A stretch of DNA of 64,000 nucleotides. Source: a virus. Lineage: Duplodnaviria; Heunggongvirae; Uroviricota; Caudoviricetes. Positions within the stretch are counted from its first letter, which is position 1; each line of letters opens with the position of its first letter. Below, piece by piece: positions 19,055 through 29,375 of the stretch. The DNA is taken from the IMG/VR virus record IMGVR_UViG_3300017987_005500; one strand, 5' to 3'. The position numbers and the translations under genes were made by a program. Under the pieces are notes generated by a model that was not told the DNA's origin, ran no database searches, and saw nothing but the letters and a program-made list of their open reading frames with translations.

Positions 19055-22000
19055 TGAAGCAATATAAAGTCCTAAAACCTTATTCTCAGGTTTCTAAAAA
19101 ATTAAGTTTTAAATTGGAACGAGACAATCCGTACATTCTCTTTTATTTTCCAGAAAATACAACATTACTTGAAACATATCCTGCATTGGACTTAAGAATA
19201 ATAGATTTTAGGAATGTAATTGTTCCACTTACAAAAATTCCAAGAACTCGCTTAACATCTACATTGAAGAAATTATATAGATCATTAAAGTTGTATGCTA
19301 ATGGAACCAATGAAAAATATCCTGAGAATAAAAATTTAATATTTGATTATTCAACTTATTTAAGATCTATAGATGTTACATATAAACCTATAAGTTATAG
19401 ACAGCGAACAGGATTTTTGATTAAGAATTTATTTTTTATGACAGCTAATCAATTTCCTGAAAATTATAAAAAGATTTTATTGTACAATATTGTACTTGAA
19501 AATAATTTTGATCCAACGTTTGTAAATAGGAAATCATTTCCTATTGTTCAACAATTAAAAGATGAATCATTTCCTTTTGACGATCTTCTTCTTTGCATTA
19601 CTCATAATAATACATCTACGTTTAGACTTTTGGTCAGAGATAAAGAATTTTCTTTACCAAGGACTTTACAATATTTGAAAACTATTAAACCTATAAATGT
19701 TGAAGAAGAGGAAGAAAAAGAATTAAATGATGCATCTACAGCAGTAGCTAAAAAGATAGATGTAAAACCAAAAGATAAAAAGACTGTTAATGTTGCAGTC
19801 AATAATTATTTATCAACTTCTCCAGCTGACTTAGAAAAGATTTCAACTGGAAAAGCAACTAAAGCTGATGAAGAAAGAATAGCTGTTGCATCATTATTAT
19901 ATAGGACATCAGGAGATTTATCTAAAGCTAAAAAAATAGCAAATTCAATTCCTCCTAAAAAGAGAGCAATTGCATTAAAGAGAATTGATAAACAACTCGT
20001 TGATGAATTGATTCCACCTAAAGATTCTATAAACTTATCATCCGAAGTTGTTGTGCAATCATCTAATGTTCAAAAAGTAGTCGATAAAAAAACACCTGAA
20101 CACATATTTGAAAAGAGAAAAGTTGATTATAAAGTTAATCTCACAAAGGATATGGCAAATGCATTTAAGATGCTTGAAAATAAAGAAGTTCCTTTGAAGA
20201 TTGAAAAAATAAAAATAGTTGAGCAACCTGATAAACCAGGAGAGATTGACCCAACTGATAAATCAACAATTGAAGTTATGCTTAAAGATAAATCTGGAAC
20301 ATCTCATAAAATTGAAATTGATGTTCCAAGGATTAATCCAGAGACAGGAATATTTAGAGTATATGGACAAAAGAAATGTTTGATAAATCAAATTATTCAA
20401 TGTCCAATAACATTTCCTAAACCACATGAGTCACGATTTGAAAGTTCATATTCAAAATTTAGAATATGGGTTGTGATGACAAAAAGAATGAATTATCTTC
20501 ATTCATATATGGGTGGTTGTAAGATACCTCTTTTAATAATGCTCTCGTATTCATATGGTTTTGAAAGGACATTAAAACAATATGGAATAGGATATAAAAT
20601 AAGCGACATTAAACCAAGTAAGGACGCGAAATTTGCGATTAAAATAGATGATAGGTATATATATTTCACAAAAGTTGACACCCCATTAAAGGAGCAATTG
20701 GTTAACTCATTCATCTATGCAAAACCATCGAAATATAAGATTGATTATGAATTTGGAAGCAAGATGTATTTCAATGAATTAATAATAGCTATAACAGGAA
20801 GAATCAATTCAACATATTTAATTCAATCAAATCTTGAAAATATAGTAACACCTGTTGCTCATCAAGTTCTTGTTAATCAACAACTTCCTACACAACTTGA
20901 GCAAATAATGAAATATATGGCAACTAATTGTGTAGCTGGTAAAGAGATTAAGAGAAATGATTTAAGCAACCAAAGAATAAGAAATTCAGAAGTTATTGTT
21001 GATTTAGCTCAAAGTAGAATATTAGCTGCTTATACTGAGTATAAAGAGCAAATATTATCAGGAAACAATGACGCTGTATTCAATATTCCTAAAGGAGTTG
21101 TTTTAGCAGACTTTAATAAAATTGAAAATGTTCAAACAATGGAGTATGCAAATCCTCTTGAAGAAATGGCAACATTGTCAAGAGTAACTCCTGTAGGAAA
21201 AACGGTTGGAGGAATTCCTGATAAAAGAGCTATAACTGCGGATGCTTTAAATGTTGATAAATCTTATTTTGGAAATATTGATTTATATGACACACCAGAA
21301 GGTGAGAATATTGGAGTTGTTCAACAATTGACAGTTGATGCTCATATTACATCAGCAAGAGGTCTTTTCAAAACAATCCCACTTTCTAATAAAGAGAATG
21401 CAGGGCTTTTATCAACAACAACTTCAATGATTCCTTTTGTATCTCATAATGATGGGAATAGGATTATGATGGCGGCAAGTCAAGCAAAACAAATGCTTCC
21501 ACTTAAAAATCCAGAACCTCCAGTTGTTCAATCGGGATATGAATCATTGCTTACAAATACATTATCTGATAGTTTTGTAAAGAAGTCCCCATGCACAGGA
21601 AAAGTTGCATCAATTTCAAGAGATGCAATTACATTGGTATGCTCAAATGGAAAAAAGCAAACAATTGACACAACTCCTGTTCATCTTAAATCAGGTTCTG
21701 GAAAAGATACTTTAAGTGTATTTAATCCAACTGTTATTAAAGGACAAACTATAAAAAGTGGTAATGTACTTGCTGAAGGAAGTTGTATTTCTCAAGGAAG
21801 TATTGCTTTAGGTAGGACATTGCTTGCTGCAGTTATGCCATATAAAGGATATAATTATGAAGATGGTGTAACGATAAGCGAGACATTAGTTCATCAAGAT
21901 AAGTTAACATCTTTACATGGAATAATTGTAGAGGTAACTGTATCTGAAAATGATCGTTTAGTTTATATTTCTGAAATGGGTGATAAAACTAAAAAGGGTG

Positions 22001-23139
22001 AAACAATTCTCAGAAAGACAGTAGGTGAAATTGAGGAATTAATTGGTATTGATGATGATGAAGATTCAACTGATATTTTAGCTGGACAACTTATCAAGAA
22101 AAGTCCAGGTGGAACAATTGTTGACATTGAAGTATTTTCAAATATGACAACTGATAAATTTCCTCAACTTAAATCATTAATTTCAAGAACAAGAAAGAGA
22201 TATAAAAACCCAACTAAGAAATTTTTGATTAAAGGAAGAAGCATTAATGGAATGTTGATAAGATTTAAAATAGAACAAGAACTTCCAATTGGTCTTGGCG
22301 ATAAACTTGCTAATAGACATGGTAATAAAGGTATTGTCTCATTAGTTGAAAAAGAAGAAAATATGCCAAGGACTCCGTGGGGAGATAGAGTTGAAATTGT
22401 ATTAAATCCTCTTGGAATTATTGGAAGAATGAATGTTGGTCAAATTTATGAATTGTATTGTGGATTAATCGGCAGAGAACTTGCTAAAAAATCAATCTCA
22501 TTAAATTCAAAATCAAATGTAGTTAATTTATTTAAAGCTATATTATCTCAATTAGATAATACAAAAGATAAACAATTTAGCTCAGATTTTATTAAAAATT
22601 TAAGAGGTCTTAACAGAGCAAATTACAATTTAATGTTAGAGCAAATGAAAAAGACAGGATTCGCCCCAATCGTAGTTCCTCCATTTCAAACTCCTACTTA
22701 TAAAAATATTCTTGCAGCAATGAAAATGTTAGATCTTAAACAAGGATATAAACTTTATTTGCCTGACTATAATACAAAAACGAATTATGAAGTTCCAGTT
22801 GGTTATCAATATATTACAAAACTTGAACATATGGGTGAAGCAAAACTACATGCTAGATCCACAGGACCCGTTACTTCAAAAACATTGCAACCGACTGCAG
22901 GAAAGAGAAGCGAAGGTGGTCAGAGATTAGGCGAAATGGACACATATTCATTTCTTTCATATAATGCGACAAAAACATTATCTGAACTTATGGGTCCTAT
23001 GAGCGATGATATCGTGACCAAAAATGAAATGTTATCTGAAATAATTCAAACAGGTCAAGTTGAATATAAACCAACTAAAACTTCACCGGTAAGGGATCTA
23101 TTAAATGCTTATATGGTTGCCCTTATGCTAGGAAAGTAA
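19054..23139 (+). CDS. rpoB: Multisubunit RNA polymerase beta-like subunit, copy 1, with about 360-aa N-terminal extension
   Basis: DTPEGENIG, IPFVSHNDGNRIMMAASQAKQ, GYNYEDG, GDKLANRHGNKG, LNPLG...RMNVGQ, KLEH, GGQRLGEMD. Confidence 0.95.
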   Translation: MKQYKVLKPYSQVSKKLSFKLERDNPYILFYFPENTTLLETYPALDLRIIDFRNVIVPLTKIPRTRLTSTLKKLYRSLKLYANGTNEKYPENKNLIFDYSTYLRSIDVTYKPISYRQRTGFLIKNLFFMTANQFPENYKKILLYNIVLENNFDPTFVNRKSFPIVQQLKDESFPFDDLLLCITHNNTSTFRLLVRDKEFSLPRTLQYLKTIKPINVEEEEEKELNDASTAVAKKIDVKPKDKKTVNVAVNNYLSTSPADLEKISTGKATKADEERIAVASLLYRTSGDLSKAKKIANSIPPKKRAIALKRIDKQLVDELIPPKDSINLSSEVVVQSSNVQKVVDKKTPEHIFEKRKVDYKVNLTKDMANAFKMLENKEVPLKIEKIKIVEQPDKPGEIDPTDKSTIEVMLKDKSGTSHKIEIDVPRINPETGIFRVYGQKKCLINQIIQCPITFPKPHESRFESSYSKFRIWVVMTKRMNYLHSYMGGCKIPLLIMLSYSYGFERTLKQYGIGYKISDIKPSKDAKFAIKIDDRYIYFTKVDTPLKEQLVNSFIYAKPSKYKIDYEFGSKMYFNELIIAITGRINSTYLIQSNLENIVTPVAHQVLVNQQLPTQLEQIMKYMATNCVAGKEIKRNDLSNQRIRNSEVIVDLAQSRILAAYTEYKEQILSGNNDAVFNIPKGVVLADFNKIENVQTMEYANPLEEMATLSRVTPVGKTVGGIPDKRAITADALNVDKSYFGNIDLYDTPEGENIGVVQQLTVDAHITSARGLFKTIPLSNKENAGLLSTTTSMIPFVSHNDGNRIMMAASQAKQMLPLKNPEPPVVQSGYESLLTNTLSDSFVKKSPCTGKVASISRDAITLVCSNGKKQTIDTTPVHLKSGSGKDTLSVFNPTVIKGQTIKSGNVLAEGSCISQGSIALGRTLLAAVMPYKGYNYEDGVTISETLVHQDKLTSLHGIIVEVTVSENDRLVYISEMGDKTKKGETILRKTVGEIEELIGIDDDEDSTDILAGQLIKKSPGGTIVDIEVFSNMTTDKFPQLKSLISRTRKRYKNPTKKFLIKGRSINGMLIRFKIEQELPIGLGDKLANRHGNKGIVSLVEKEENMPRTPWGDRVEIVLNPLGIIGRMNVGQIYELYCGLIGRELAKKSISLNSKSNVVNLFKAILSQLDNTKDKQFSSDFIKNLRGLNRANYNLMLEQMKKTGFAPIVVPPFQTPTYKNILAAMKMLDLKQGYKLYLPDYNTKTNYEVPVGYQYITKLEHMGEAKLHARSTGPVTSKTLQPTAGKRSEGGQRLGEMDTYSFLSYNATKTLSELMGPMSDDIVTKNEMLSEIIQTGQVEYKPTKTSPVRDLLNAYMVALMLGK

Positions 23140-23140
23140 A

Positions 23141-23752
23141 ATGCAAAATGAACAGCAAAATTTAAAGACTTTATGCGACATTATTGACCCAGAACCATCC
23201 GGAGACGATGATCGAGATACCCAATATGACGTTGGGGTTGTATTTTCTGACCAATATGATTTATTAGAAATTCATACTTATTTTGGATTAGATGAATTTA
23301 TGGAGATTTATACATCTACAATAAATGGAGTAAGACAGCAAGAATTACAAATTCAAGCAACTTTATGTAGTCTGTTATTAGAAAAAATTGAAAATGTATA
23401 TGATTTTTCATTTGACACTCATATCACTTTATTAAGGCAGAGGGATCTCGATAAAGTATATGATTTAGCGGAATTTCTTCAATATAATAATCTTAAATTT
23501 ATAACAGGAATTTGGAAATCCTTTGGGTTAAAGAATATTGTATCATTAGATGTAGAAGATTTCTTCACTTCAAATAAAGATAATTTCCAAAAGTTAATAG
23601 AACAAATAACAAATAGATCATTAATGTATAGTAAAGATTCACTTATCAACCATTTTCTAAACATTTGTAACAAAGAAATATCATTATTTATGATAACACA
23701 AATGACGAATAAGTGGAGAATTGAAATTTCTGCGAATTTAATGAAAGGATAA
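23141..23752 (+). CDS. Hypothetical protein
   Basis: Coupled directly downstream of beta copy 1. Confidence 0.55.
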   Translation: MQNEQQNLKTLCDIIDPEPSGDDDRDTQYDVGVVFSDQYDLLEIHTYFGLDEFMEIYTSTINGVRQQELQIQATLCSLLLEKIENVYDFSFDTHITLLRQRDLDKVYDLAEFLQYNNLKFITGIWKSFGLKNIVSLDVEDFFTSNKDNFQKLIEQITNRSLMYSKDSLINHFLNICNKEISLFMITQMTNKWRIEISANLMKG

Positions 23753-23756
23753 AATT

Positions 23757-24017
23757 ATGGCAGCTGAAGAAGATAGTGTAGTAATTAAAAAAGGACCAGT
23801 TACAATAAATTGTTTTCGGAGCGATTTAATTATGGTTGATCAAACACCTGACGGAGTTGTTATTAATTTGAAGGGTGGACTTGCTTTAAATTATACAGAT
23901 CAATATATGGAAATTGAAACCAAAGAAAGAATAAAACAAGCTGTAAATCATATGGCAGGGAACTTAGAAATCGATCTTGGCAATCGAAGAACCCCAGCAA
24001 GAATTTTGGGTAAGTAG
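23757..24017 (+). CDS. Hypothetical protein
   Basis: Last ORF of the RNAP-1 operon. Confidence 0.55.
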   Translation: MAAEEDSVVIKKGPVTINCFRSDLIMVDQTPDGVVINLKGGLALNYTDQYMEIETKERIKQAVNHMAGNLEIDLGNRRTPARILGK

Positions 24018-24023
24018 TCCTTG

Positions 24024-24043
24024 TTATATATATTTATATTTAA
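24024..24043 (+). promoter_or_regulatory. Putative promoter, motif class A, copy 2
   Basis: TTATATATATTTATATTTAA. Confidence 0.5.
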
Positions 24044-24127
24044 TAATAAGAACTAGTTGCTCGGTATTCCTTATGGAATGATGTGACAAGATCTTATTTT
24101 ACCGCCTCTATGCAGGTGGGTTTCTTA

Positions 24128-24156
24128 GGGAGAGTGGACATTATGTCTGCTCTCCC
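24128..24156 (+). terminator. GC-rich stem-loop (terminator, attenuator or processing site)
   Basis: GGGAGAGTGGACA-TTA-TGTCTGCTCTCCC forms a 13-bp stem with two G-U pairs, followed by AACTTTT. Confidence 0.6.
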
Positions 24157-24243
24157 AACTTTTAAAACAATTTAAAACTTTTTTGCGCTTAAATTTAAAA
24201 CAACTTTTAAAACAACTTTAGGAAAACTTTTAATGAACTTTTT
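24157..24243 (+). repeat. Six AACTTT(T) direct repeats, several within AACTTTTAAAACA units
   Basis: Copies at 24157, 24176, 24202, 24214, 24225 and 24236. Confidence 0.7.
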
Positions 24244-24316
24244 AATTTATTTGTACGTCTTTAGAAAAAATGTTATATCTATATCCTACGTAATTTTGAA
24301 TTTAACGAGGTGAATT

Positions 24317-24889
24317 ATGAACTTAGTTTCGATTGAAAGATTAGTAGAGTCGATGAATGTGGACGTTTATCCGATTACACTAATGAAATTTTTACTAAAC
24401 AGAGGAAAAATACTTTTCTATTTTTCAAAAGCGGCTGAAAAGGATTTTGAATTAAGAGGAGGGAATTCAACAATTAATTCTGACGAATGTGAAGCATGTA
24501 AATCTAAATCTGGAATTTTATGCAGAGAACATACTTCCATTGATAGAGTTATGACTGCTGACAGAGTATTATTTGACTTAGATACGAATACCTATTTTTA
24601 TAAAAATGAAATATTTAGGATGGTAGGGAATAGACTGGTTATAATATATTGTCCTCATACAAAACTTATAAAAGGAAGTATCGCAAACGACAAAGTTAAG
24701 AAGATAAAACCATTGACAATTGAAAATAAAGATTTGACTGCATTACCTGACTATGAAAACACACACCAATTTTTATCAACTGAAATGATGAATAAGAATA
24801 CTAAATGCTGGTTTAATAACCAATTTAGCATTATTTCAATACCCAAAGATAGAGAAAGTTCAGATTTCTGTTTAATTCCAAATAGATAA
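24317..24889 (+). CDS. Hypothetical protein with putative Zn site (CEAC..LCREH)
   Basis: RBS gaggtg; CxxC-x7-CxxH. Confidence 0.55.
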   Translation: MNLVSIERLVESMNVDVYPITLMKFLLNRGKILFYFSKAAEKDFELRGGNSTINSDECEACKSKSGILCREHTSIDRVMTADRVLFDLDTNTYFYKNEIFRMVGNRLVIIYCPHTKLIKGSIANDKVKKIKPLTIENKDLTALPDYENTHQFLSTEMMNKNTKCWFNNQFSIISIPKDRESSDFCLIPNR

Positions 24890-24922
24890 CTTTCATTATC
24901 TTTAACTTTTAAAATAACTTTT
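24888..24922 (+). repeat. Three AACTTT repeats in the SSB leader
   Basis: Copies at 24888, 24904 and 24916, immediately before the AAGGAGG RBS. Confidence 0.6.
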
Positions 24923-24937
24923 AAGGAGGAAAACACG

Positions 24938-25963
24938 ATGGCACTTAACATGAATGACTACAAAGATGAATTTTCAGGAACTGGCGTAGATAATAAAGAA
25001 CCAGTTAAACCAGAAGATGAGTTTTTTCACGCAGTTTATATTGGACATTCTTCAAGAAAGAATCACCTTGGAATAATTGAAGAAGCAGGGAAATTCCATA
25101 TTAGAGGAGTCCAATATAATATGGACAGTGTTAATATGATTGTAACTTTGACAAAAAAGATCTTGTCAAAATCAGTTGAAGTAAATAAGAAAGATAAAAT
25201 AGAATGCTTTTCATTCCAAGATGGTCCTTTGCCTCATAAAGGAAGCAGCGGAAATGTTTGTGGAATGAACGCAAATGAAAGAGCATTAAATCCTTATTGT
25301 GAACCATGCCGAGCACAACTCATTGTAGTTGGTATTTTATGTGATGAGTCCGGAAATCCATTTAAAACTGAAGAAGGAAAACCAGTATTTGGATTTATTC
25401 GTGGAAAGGGAATGAGATATGTGGGTGTTTCTGATCATTTAAATACCCTAACCAAATTGGAACTCAATCCAATTGTTCAACCGGTAACTGAAGAAAGTAA
25501 AGAATGGGAAAAGAAGCATATCAATCAATGTCGTGTTGTGACCAAAATCACAAGGGATATCGCAACTTCATCTTTCAATAGCACTGTAAATATATTCAAA
25601 TTTGAAGTTGGAACTCAAATTCCTGATGATGCAGTTGAAAAGATTATGCAAATTACCAAAAGTATAGTTGAAAAATTTAAAGAAAAATTTGATTGGTCAA
25701 AGACAAGAGCAGCTCAAACTGCCGCAGCAGCAAATTCATATGCAGGCGCAGGACCAACTCAAGCTCAACAATTCGGAGTTCCAGATCAAGCACCTAAAAC
25801 TCAAGAATCTCAATTAAATAAACCAGCAGATGATATTCCTTTTGGAGGAAATTCAGTACCGGAAGCTCAACCCCAAAATCAATCAGTTGAGCAATCACCT
25901 CCTGCTGAAAAACAAGCTCCACCAGCTCAAACTGGATTTGGGTTTGATGATTTAAACTTTTAA
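24938..25963 (+). CDS. Putative single-stranded DNA-binding protein
   Basis: Beta-rich core with Cys cluster, long Q/P/A linker, internal DDIPF and acidic-aromatic C-terminal tip FDDLNF. Confidence 0.6.
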   Translation: MALNMNDYKDEFSGTGVDNKEPVKPEDEFFHAVYIGHSSRKNHLGIIEEAGKFHIRGVQYNMDSVNMIVTLTKKILSKSVEVNKKDKIECFSFQDGPLPHKGSSGNVCGMNANERALNPYCEPCRAQLIVVGILCDESGNPFKTEEGKPVFGFIRGKGMRYVGVSDHLNTLTKLELNPIVQPVTEESKEWEKKHINQCRVVTKITRDIATSSFNSTVNIFKFEVGTQIPDDAVEKIMQITKSIVEKFKEKFDWSKTRAAQTAAAANSYAGAGPTQAQQFGVPDQAPKTQESQLNKPADDIPFGGNSVPEAQPQNQSVEQSPPAEKQAPPAQTGFGFDDLNF

Positions 25964-25989
25964 TTAAATTAAAAGTATAAGGTGACCTT

Positions 25990-26349
25990 ATGGTTCTCGA
26001 TATAGTTAAGAGACTTTTCTTTAAGAAAAATAAAGAGAGGCCACGAATGAAAGAGAAAAATACAACATTAAGAATGACTAAGAACGAAGTAATTAAATTA
26101 TATAGAAAAACGAATTTACCGAAACCAGAGAACCCCATTTCTTTTAAGACTGCAGAAGAAGAGTGTGAAACGTGTTTAGTGAGACCTGTATGTACTGATC
26201 CTTGTCCTAAGATATTGGAAATATACAGGTCTCACGTTGTAACTGACCCAGATTTTAATGAAATCGAACATAACAGAAAGTATCAAAAAGAATATAAAGA
26301 AATGTGGGAAAGAATAAATAACTCAATGGATAAAAGAGATATGTTTTAG
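25990..26349 (+). CDS. Small Cx2Cx5Cx3C-family protein
   Basis: CETCLVRPVCTDPC. Confidence 0.55.
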   Translation: MVLDIVKRLFFKKNKERPRMKEKNTTLRMTKNEVIKLYRKTNLPKPENPISFKTAEEECETCLVRPVCTDPCPKILEIYRSHVVTDPDFNEIEHNRKYQKEYKEMWERINNSMDKRDMF

Positions 26350-26363
26350 AAAGGAAATCAAAG

Positions 26364-27593
26364 ATGACAGATAAAAAACAGGATGAATTAAAACACTTCG
26401 AGAAACTAAATATTTCAACATTACCTATATCTAAAGTAAAAGAAATAATTAAATCAAATATTGTGAACACATTGACGTGTTGGGATAACGATATTGATAT
26501 TGAAAAACAAACCTTTCATATCATAGGTCCTGCCGGAGTAGGAAAGACACAGATTTGTTATCAAATATGTGAAGAATTGACACAGGAAATGTTTAAAGGG
26601 AATAAAGAATTTGAAATCATCAAAGTCAATGCTCCAGTATTATCAAGAGATGATTTTATTATTCCATTTCCAGTAATTGATAATGGTAATACATCATTTA
26701 AAATGCTGTATTCTGACTTTGTTCCAAAGAATAAAGATTCATTTGGATTATTTGTAATTGATGAGTTCTCTCGTGGAGATCATTCATTGCAACAATTAAT
26801 GTGGCAAGTCCAAAATGAATGTAAACTTCATTTAATGGATTTTCCAAAAGGTTGGTTTATAGTTTCAATTGATAATCCAGATGACTCTGAATATACAATG
26901 GATTATCTTGATGATGCTGCCGGACTCAGGAGAATGCTTCATGTTTACACTGAAGTAAGTCCTATGGACTTTTTGAATTATGCAATGAAGTCGAATTATC
27001 ATACAACTGTTATTGAATATATTCAAATGCATCCTGATTATTTATATGACTTTAAATCTCAAAAGGTTGGGTCTGTCTATGCAAATCCTGCTTCATGGGA
27101 AAGAGTTTCTAATATTCTCAAGGGGTTTGAGCAAACAGGTGGGATAAAACCTAACTTTAATGCAATAGAAGTTTTATGTTCAGGTCTTTTAAACACAAGT
27201 ATGACCAGGATGTTTATGGACTATTTAAGAGATATGAAAGATATATCTCCAAGGGATATCTTCTTTAGTTATCCTAAAGTAAGAAAAGATATTGTAGGAT
27301 TTGTTAGAGATCAAAATAATGCAAAGCTTGGGGAGATCATGCAAGCATTTCTGACATATCTCACAACTTCATTTCCTGATTATGGAAGAAAGGAAAAGAA
27401 GAATGTTGTTGAATTGTTAACCACAATTCCAATCGACACAGCAGCAATATTTATAACTCAAATTAATACATTTGGTAAAGCGACTAAAGAGTTTAAATAT
27501 ATGACCGATCTCCACAGAACATTATCAAAAGAATCAAAAGATTATAAGAGGGATTTTTATCAAAAGATTGTTGATGCAAGTAATGCCAAATAG
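26364..27593 (+). CDS. MoxR-like AAA+ ATPase
   Basis: Walker A GPAGVGKT, Walker B FVIDEFSR, N and RR motifs, NPASWERVS. Confidence 0.85.
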   Translation: MTDKKQDELKHFEKLNISTLPISKVKEIIKSNIVNTLTCWDNDIDIEKQTFHIIGPAGVGKTQICYQICEELTQEMFKGNKEFEIIKVNAPVLSRDDFIIPFPVIDNGNTSFKMLYSDFVPKNKDSFGLFVIDEFSRGDHSLQQLMWQVQNECKLHLMDFPKGWFIVSIDNPDDSEYTMDYLDDAAGLRRMLHVYTEVSPMDFLNYAMKSNYHTTVIEYIQMHPDYLYDFKSQKVGSVYANPASWERVSNILKGFEQTGGIKPNFNAIEVLCSGLLNTSMTRMFMDYLRDMKDISPRDIFFSYPKVRKDIVGFVRDQNNAKLGEIMQAFLTYLTTSFPDYGRKEKKNVVELLTTIPIDTAAIFITQINTFGKATKEFKYMTDLHRTLSKESKDYKRDFYQKIVDASNAK

Positions 27594-27601
27594 GGGGATT
27601 T

Positions 27602-28981
27602 ATGAATGATATAAGTAACATTGATGGTTCTGTAAGATTAAAGAACCTAGTTGCTAAATTAACATTACAAAATTCTTATTGGGGTTATCTGTTTTCAAGA
27701 ATCAGAAGAGTTCCTGTTCCTAATTTTAAAAGTATTATGGGAATAACTAGCACAGGTCATGGAACTTTAAATTTAAGTTACAATCCTGAGTTAGTTGCTA
27801 AGACTGAAGATAGTGTTTTATCTTTAGTCTTAGAGCATGAGGGAATGCATATATTAAATAAACATATACCTCGACTCATAAGAATTTTAGCTAATGAAAT
27901 GGATTTTAATAAACATAAAGCTAAGATGAACATTTGGAATACAGCATCCGATTGTTGTGTTAATTCACAAATAAAGGATTTTCCAAAGGAACTTCTTATA
28001 GCAGGGGATAAATGGAAACTTGAATTTCCTCAAAATTATAAACTTGAATTAGGTAAGGCAGCAGAGTTTTATTATCATAAACTTCTTGAGAAAACTAAAT
28101 TTACAGAAATCTCAATCAATATGCCAGGTAAAGGTAAATCTGGAGATGATAAAGATGGAGATGATAATAAAGGAGAAGGTGAAGAAAGTAGTAAAGGATT
28201 AACTGGAAAAGCATTAGTTTGTGATCACAGTGGTTGGACTAAAGGAGAAGATGAAGGTGGAGGAAAAAGTCTTGATCCAAATACTCTTGCAAGACAGGTT
28301 GAAAATTTCACTCAGGAAATTGCAAGACAAGCTCTAAATAATTTTAGTAAAAAGATGGGGCGAGGGACTTTACCTGCTGGAGTATATGAATTGATTAATG
28401 AATTACTTCAACCACCTAAAGCTCCGTATTACCAAATCATTCAAAAGTTAGTTAAGGCGACTAGGATTTCTAAATTCAAAAGTTGTTCTACAAGAATAAA
28501 CAGAAAAAGGACATATTCATTTATATTAAAGGAATTTGATTTACCTCAAATATCTCCTTTTCCTGGAAAGAAAAGAGATCTCACTTTTAATATTGGAGTT
28601 CTTATAGATACTTCAGGGAGTCAATCTAAAGAAGACATTATGGATGCACTCTCTGGAATTAAAAGTCTTGTAGAGAATGATAGAAATTGTCACGTGACTG
28701 TAATTGAAAATGACACAGTTGTTCAAAAAGAATATGAGATAAAAAGATTAGCTGATATTCAAATGAAAGTTAAAGGACGAGGCGGGACAGTGTTAATGCC
28801 AGGACTTGAGAGATTCAGAGAATTATCAGTTGACGTAGTTCTTGGTTTCACAGATGGTTATTGTGAAAATCTAAATGAGTTAAATAGGAAAAGACTTCCG
28901 AAGAAACTTATTTGGGCAGTTGATAAACAAAGAGGAACTGTTGAGACACTTAACAGGACAGGATTTATAGTTAGAATATAA
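27602..28981 (+). CDS. Metallopeptidase-like plus VWA domain protein (DUF2201 type), partner of the MoxR ATPase
   Basis: HEGMH, WN.A.D...N, MIDAS DTSGS, GRGGT and FTDG. Confidence 0.85.
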   Translation: MNDISNIDGSVRLKNLVAKLTLQNSYWGYLFSRIRRVPVPNFKSIMGITSTGHGTLNLSYNPELVAKTEDSVLSLVLEHEGMHILNKHIPRLIRILANEMDFNKHKAKMNIWNTASDCCVNSQIKDFPKELLIAGDKWKLEFPQNYKLELGKAAEFYYHKLLEKTKFTEISINMPGKGKSGDDKDGDDNKGEGEESSKGLTGKALVCDHSGWTKGEDEGGGKSLDPNTLARQVENFTQEIARQALNNFSKKMGRGTLPAGVYELINELLQPPKAPYYQIIQKLVKATRISKFKSCSTRINRKRTYSFILKEFDLPQISPFPGKKRDLTFNIGVLIDTSGSQSKEDIMDALSGIKSLVENDRNCHVTVIENDTVVQKEYEIKRLADIQMKVKGRGGTVLMPGLERFRELSVDVVLGFTDGYCENLNELNRKRLPKKLIWAVDKQRGTVETLNRTGFIVRI

Positions 28982-29015
28982 AATTATAGAGAACTATATA
29001 GAAAGGAAGTTAAAT

Positions 29016-29360
29016 ATGAAAATGTCATCTAGAGAAATTGTAGCTTATGCAGAAACCGCAGCACATGAATGCGCAAGAGAATCAGTTAGAGAATGGAAAG
29101 CAACTGGTTTGTGTATAGATAAAGTAATGTTAGAAAAAATTAATGCCTTGAAAGGAAAGGGTGTTTCTGACATGACAGGTGCATTAGCTGATGATATATT
29201 TAATGACAAAGGATTTCTTTCTGACATGATTGGTGATCAAGTATTTGACGCAGGTAAAGATAAAATTGAAAGACTATCTATTGTTTCTGAGTTAAAAGGT
29301 ATGAAAAACTTTGAAGCATGGAATGAGGCAATGAAGGAATTAGAAACCACAATGATCTAA
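29016..29360 (+). CDS. Hypothetical protein
   Basis: ORF with RBS. Confidence 0.5.
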   Translation: MKMSSREIVAYAETAAHECARESVREWKATGLCIDKVMLEKINALKGKGVSDMTGALADDIFNDKGFLSDMIGDQVFDAGKDKIERLSIVSELKGMKNFEAWNEAMKELETTMI

Positions 29361-29375
29361 AATAAGGAGAGGGTT

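Noticed and set aside
16028-23139. Bacterial chromosomal rpoBC locus
   Set aside because: Gene order is reversed, subunits are short and divergent, there are no ribosomal protein neighbours, a second copy is present, and phage baseplate genes are nearby.
24044-24127. tRNA gene
   Set aside because: No T-loop GTTC motif or cloverleaf; no tRNA was recognised anywhere in the window.
24157-24243. CRISPR array
   Set aside because: Repeats are only 6-13 nt with irregular short spacing.
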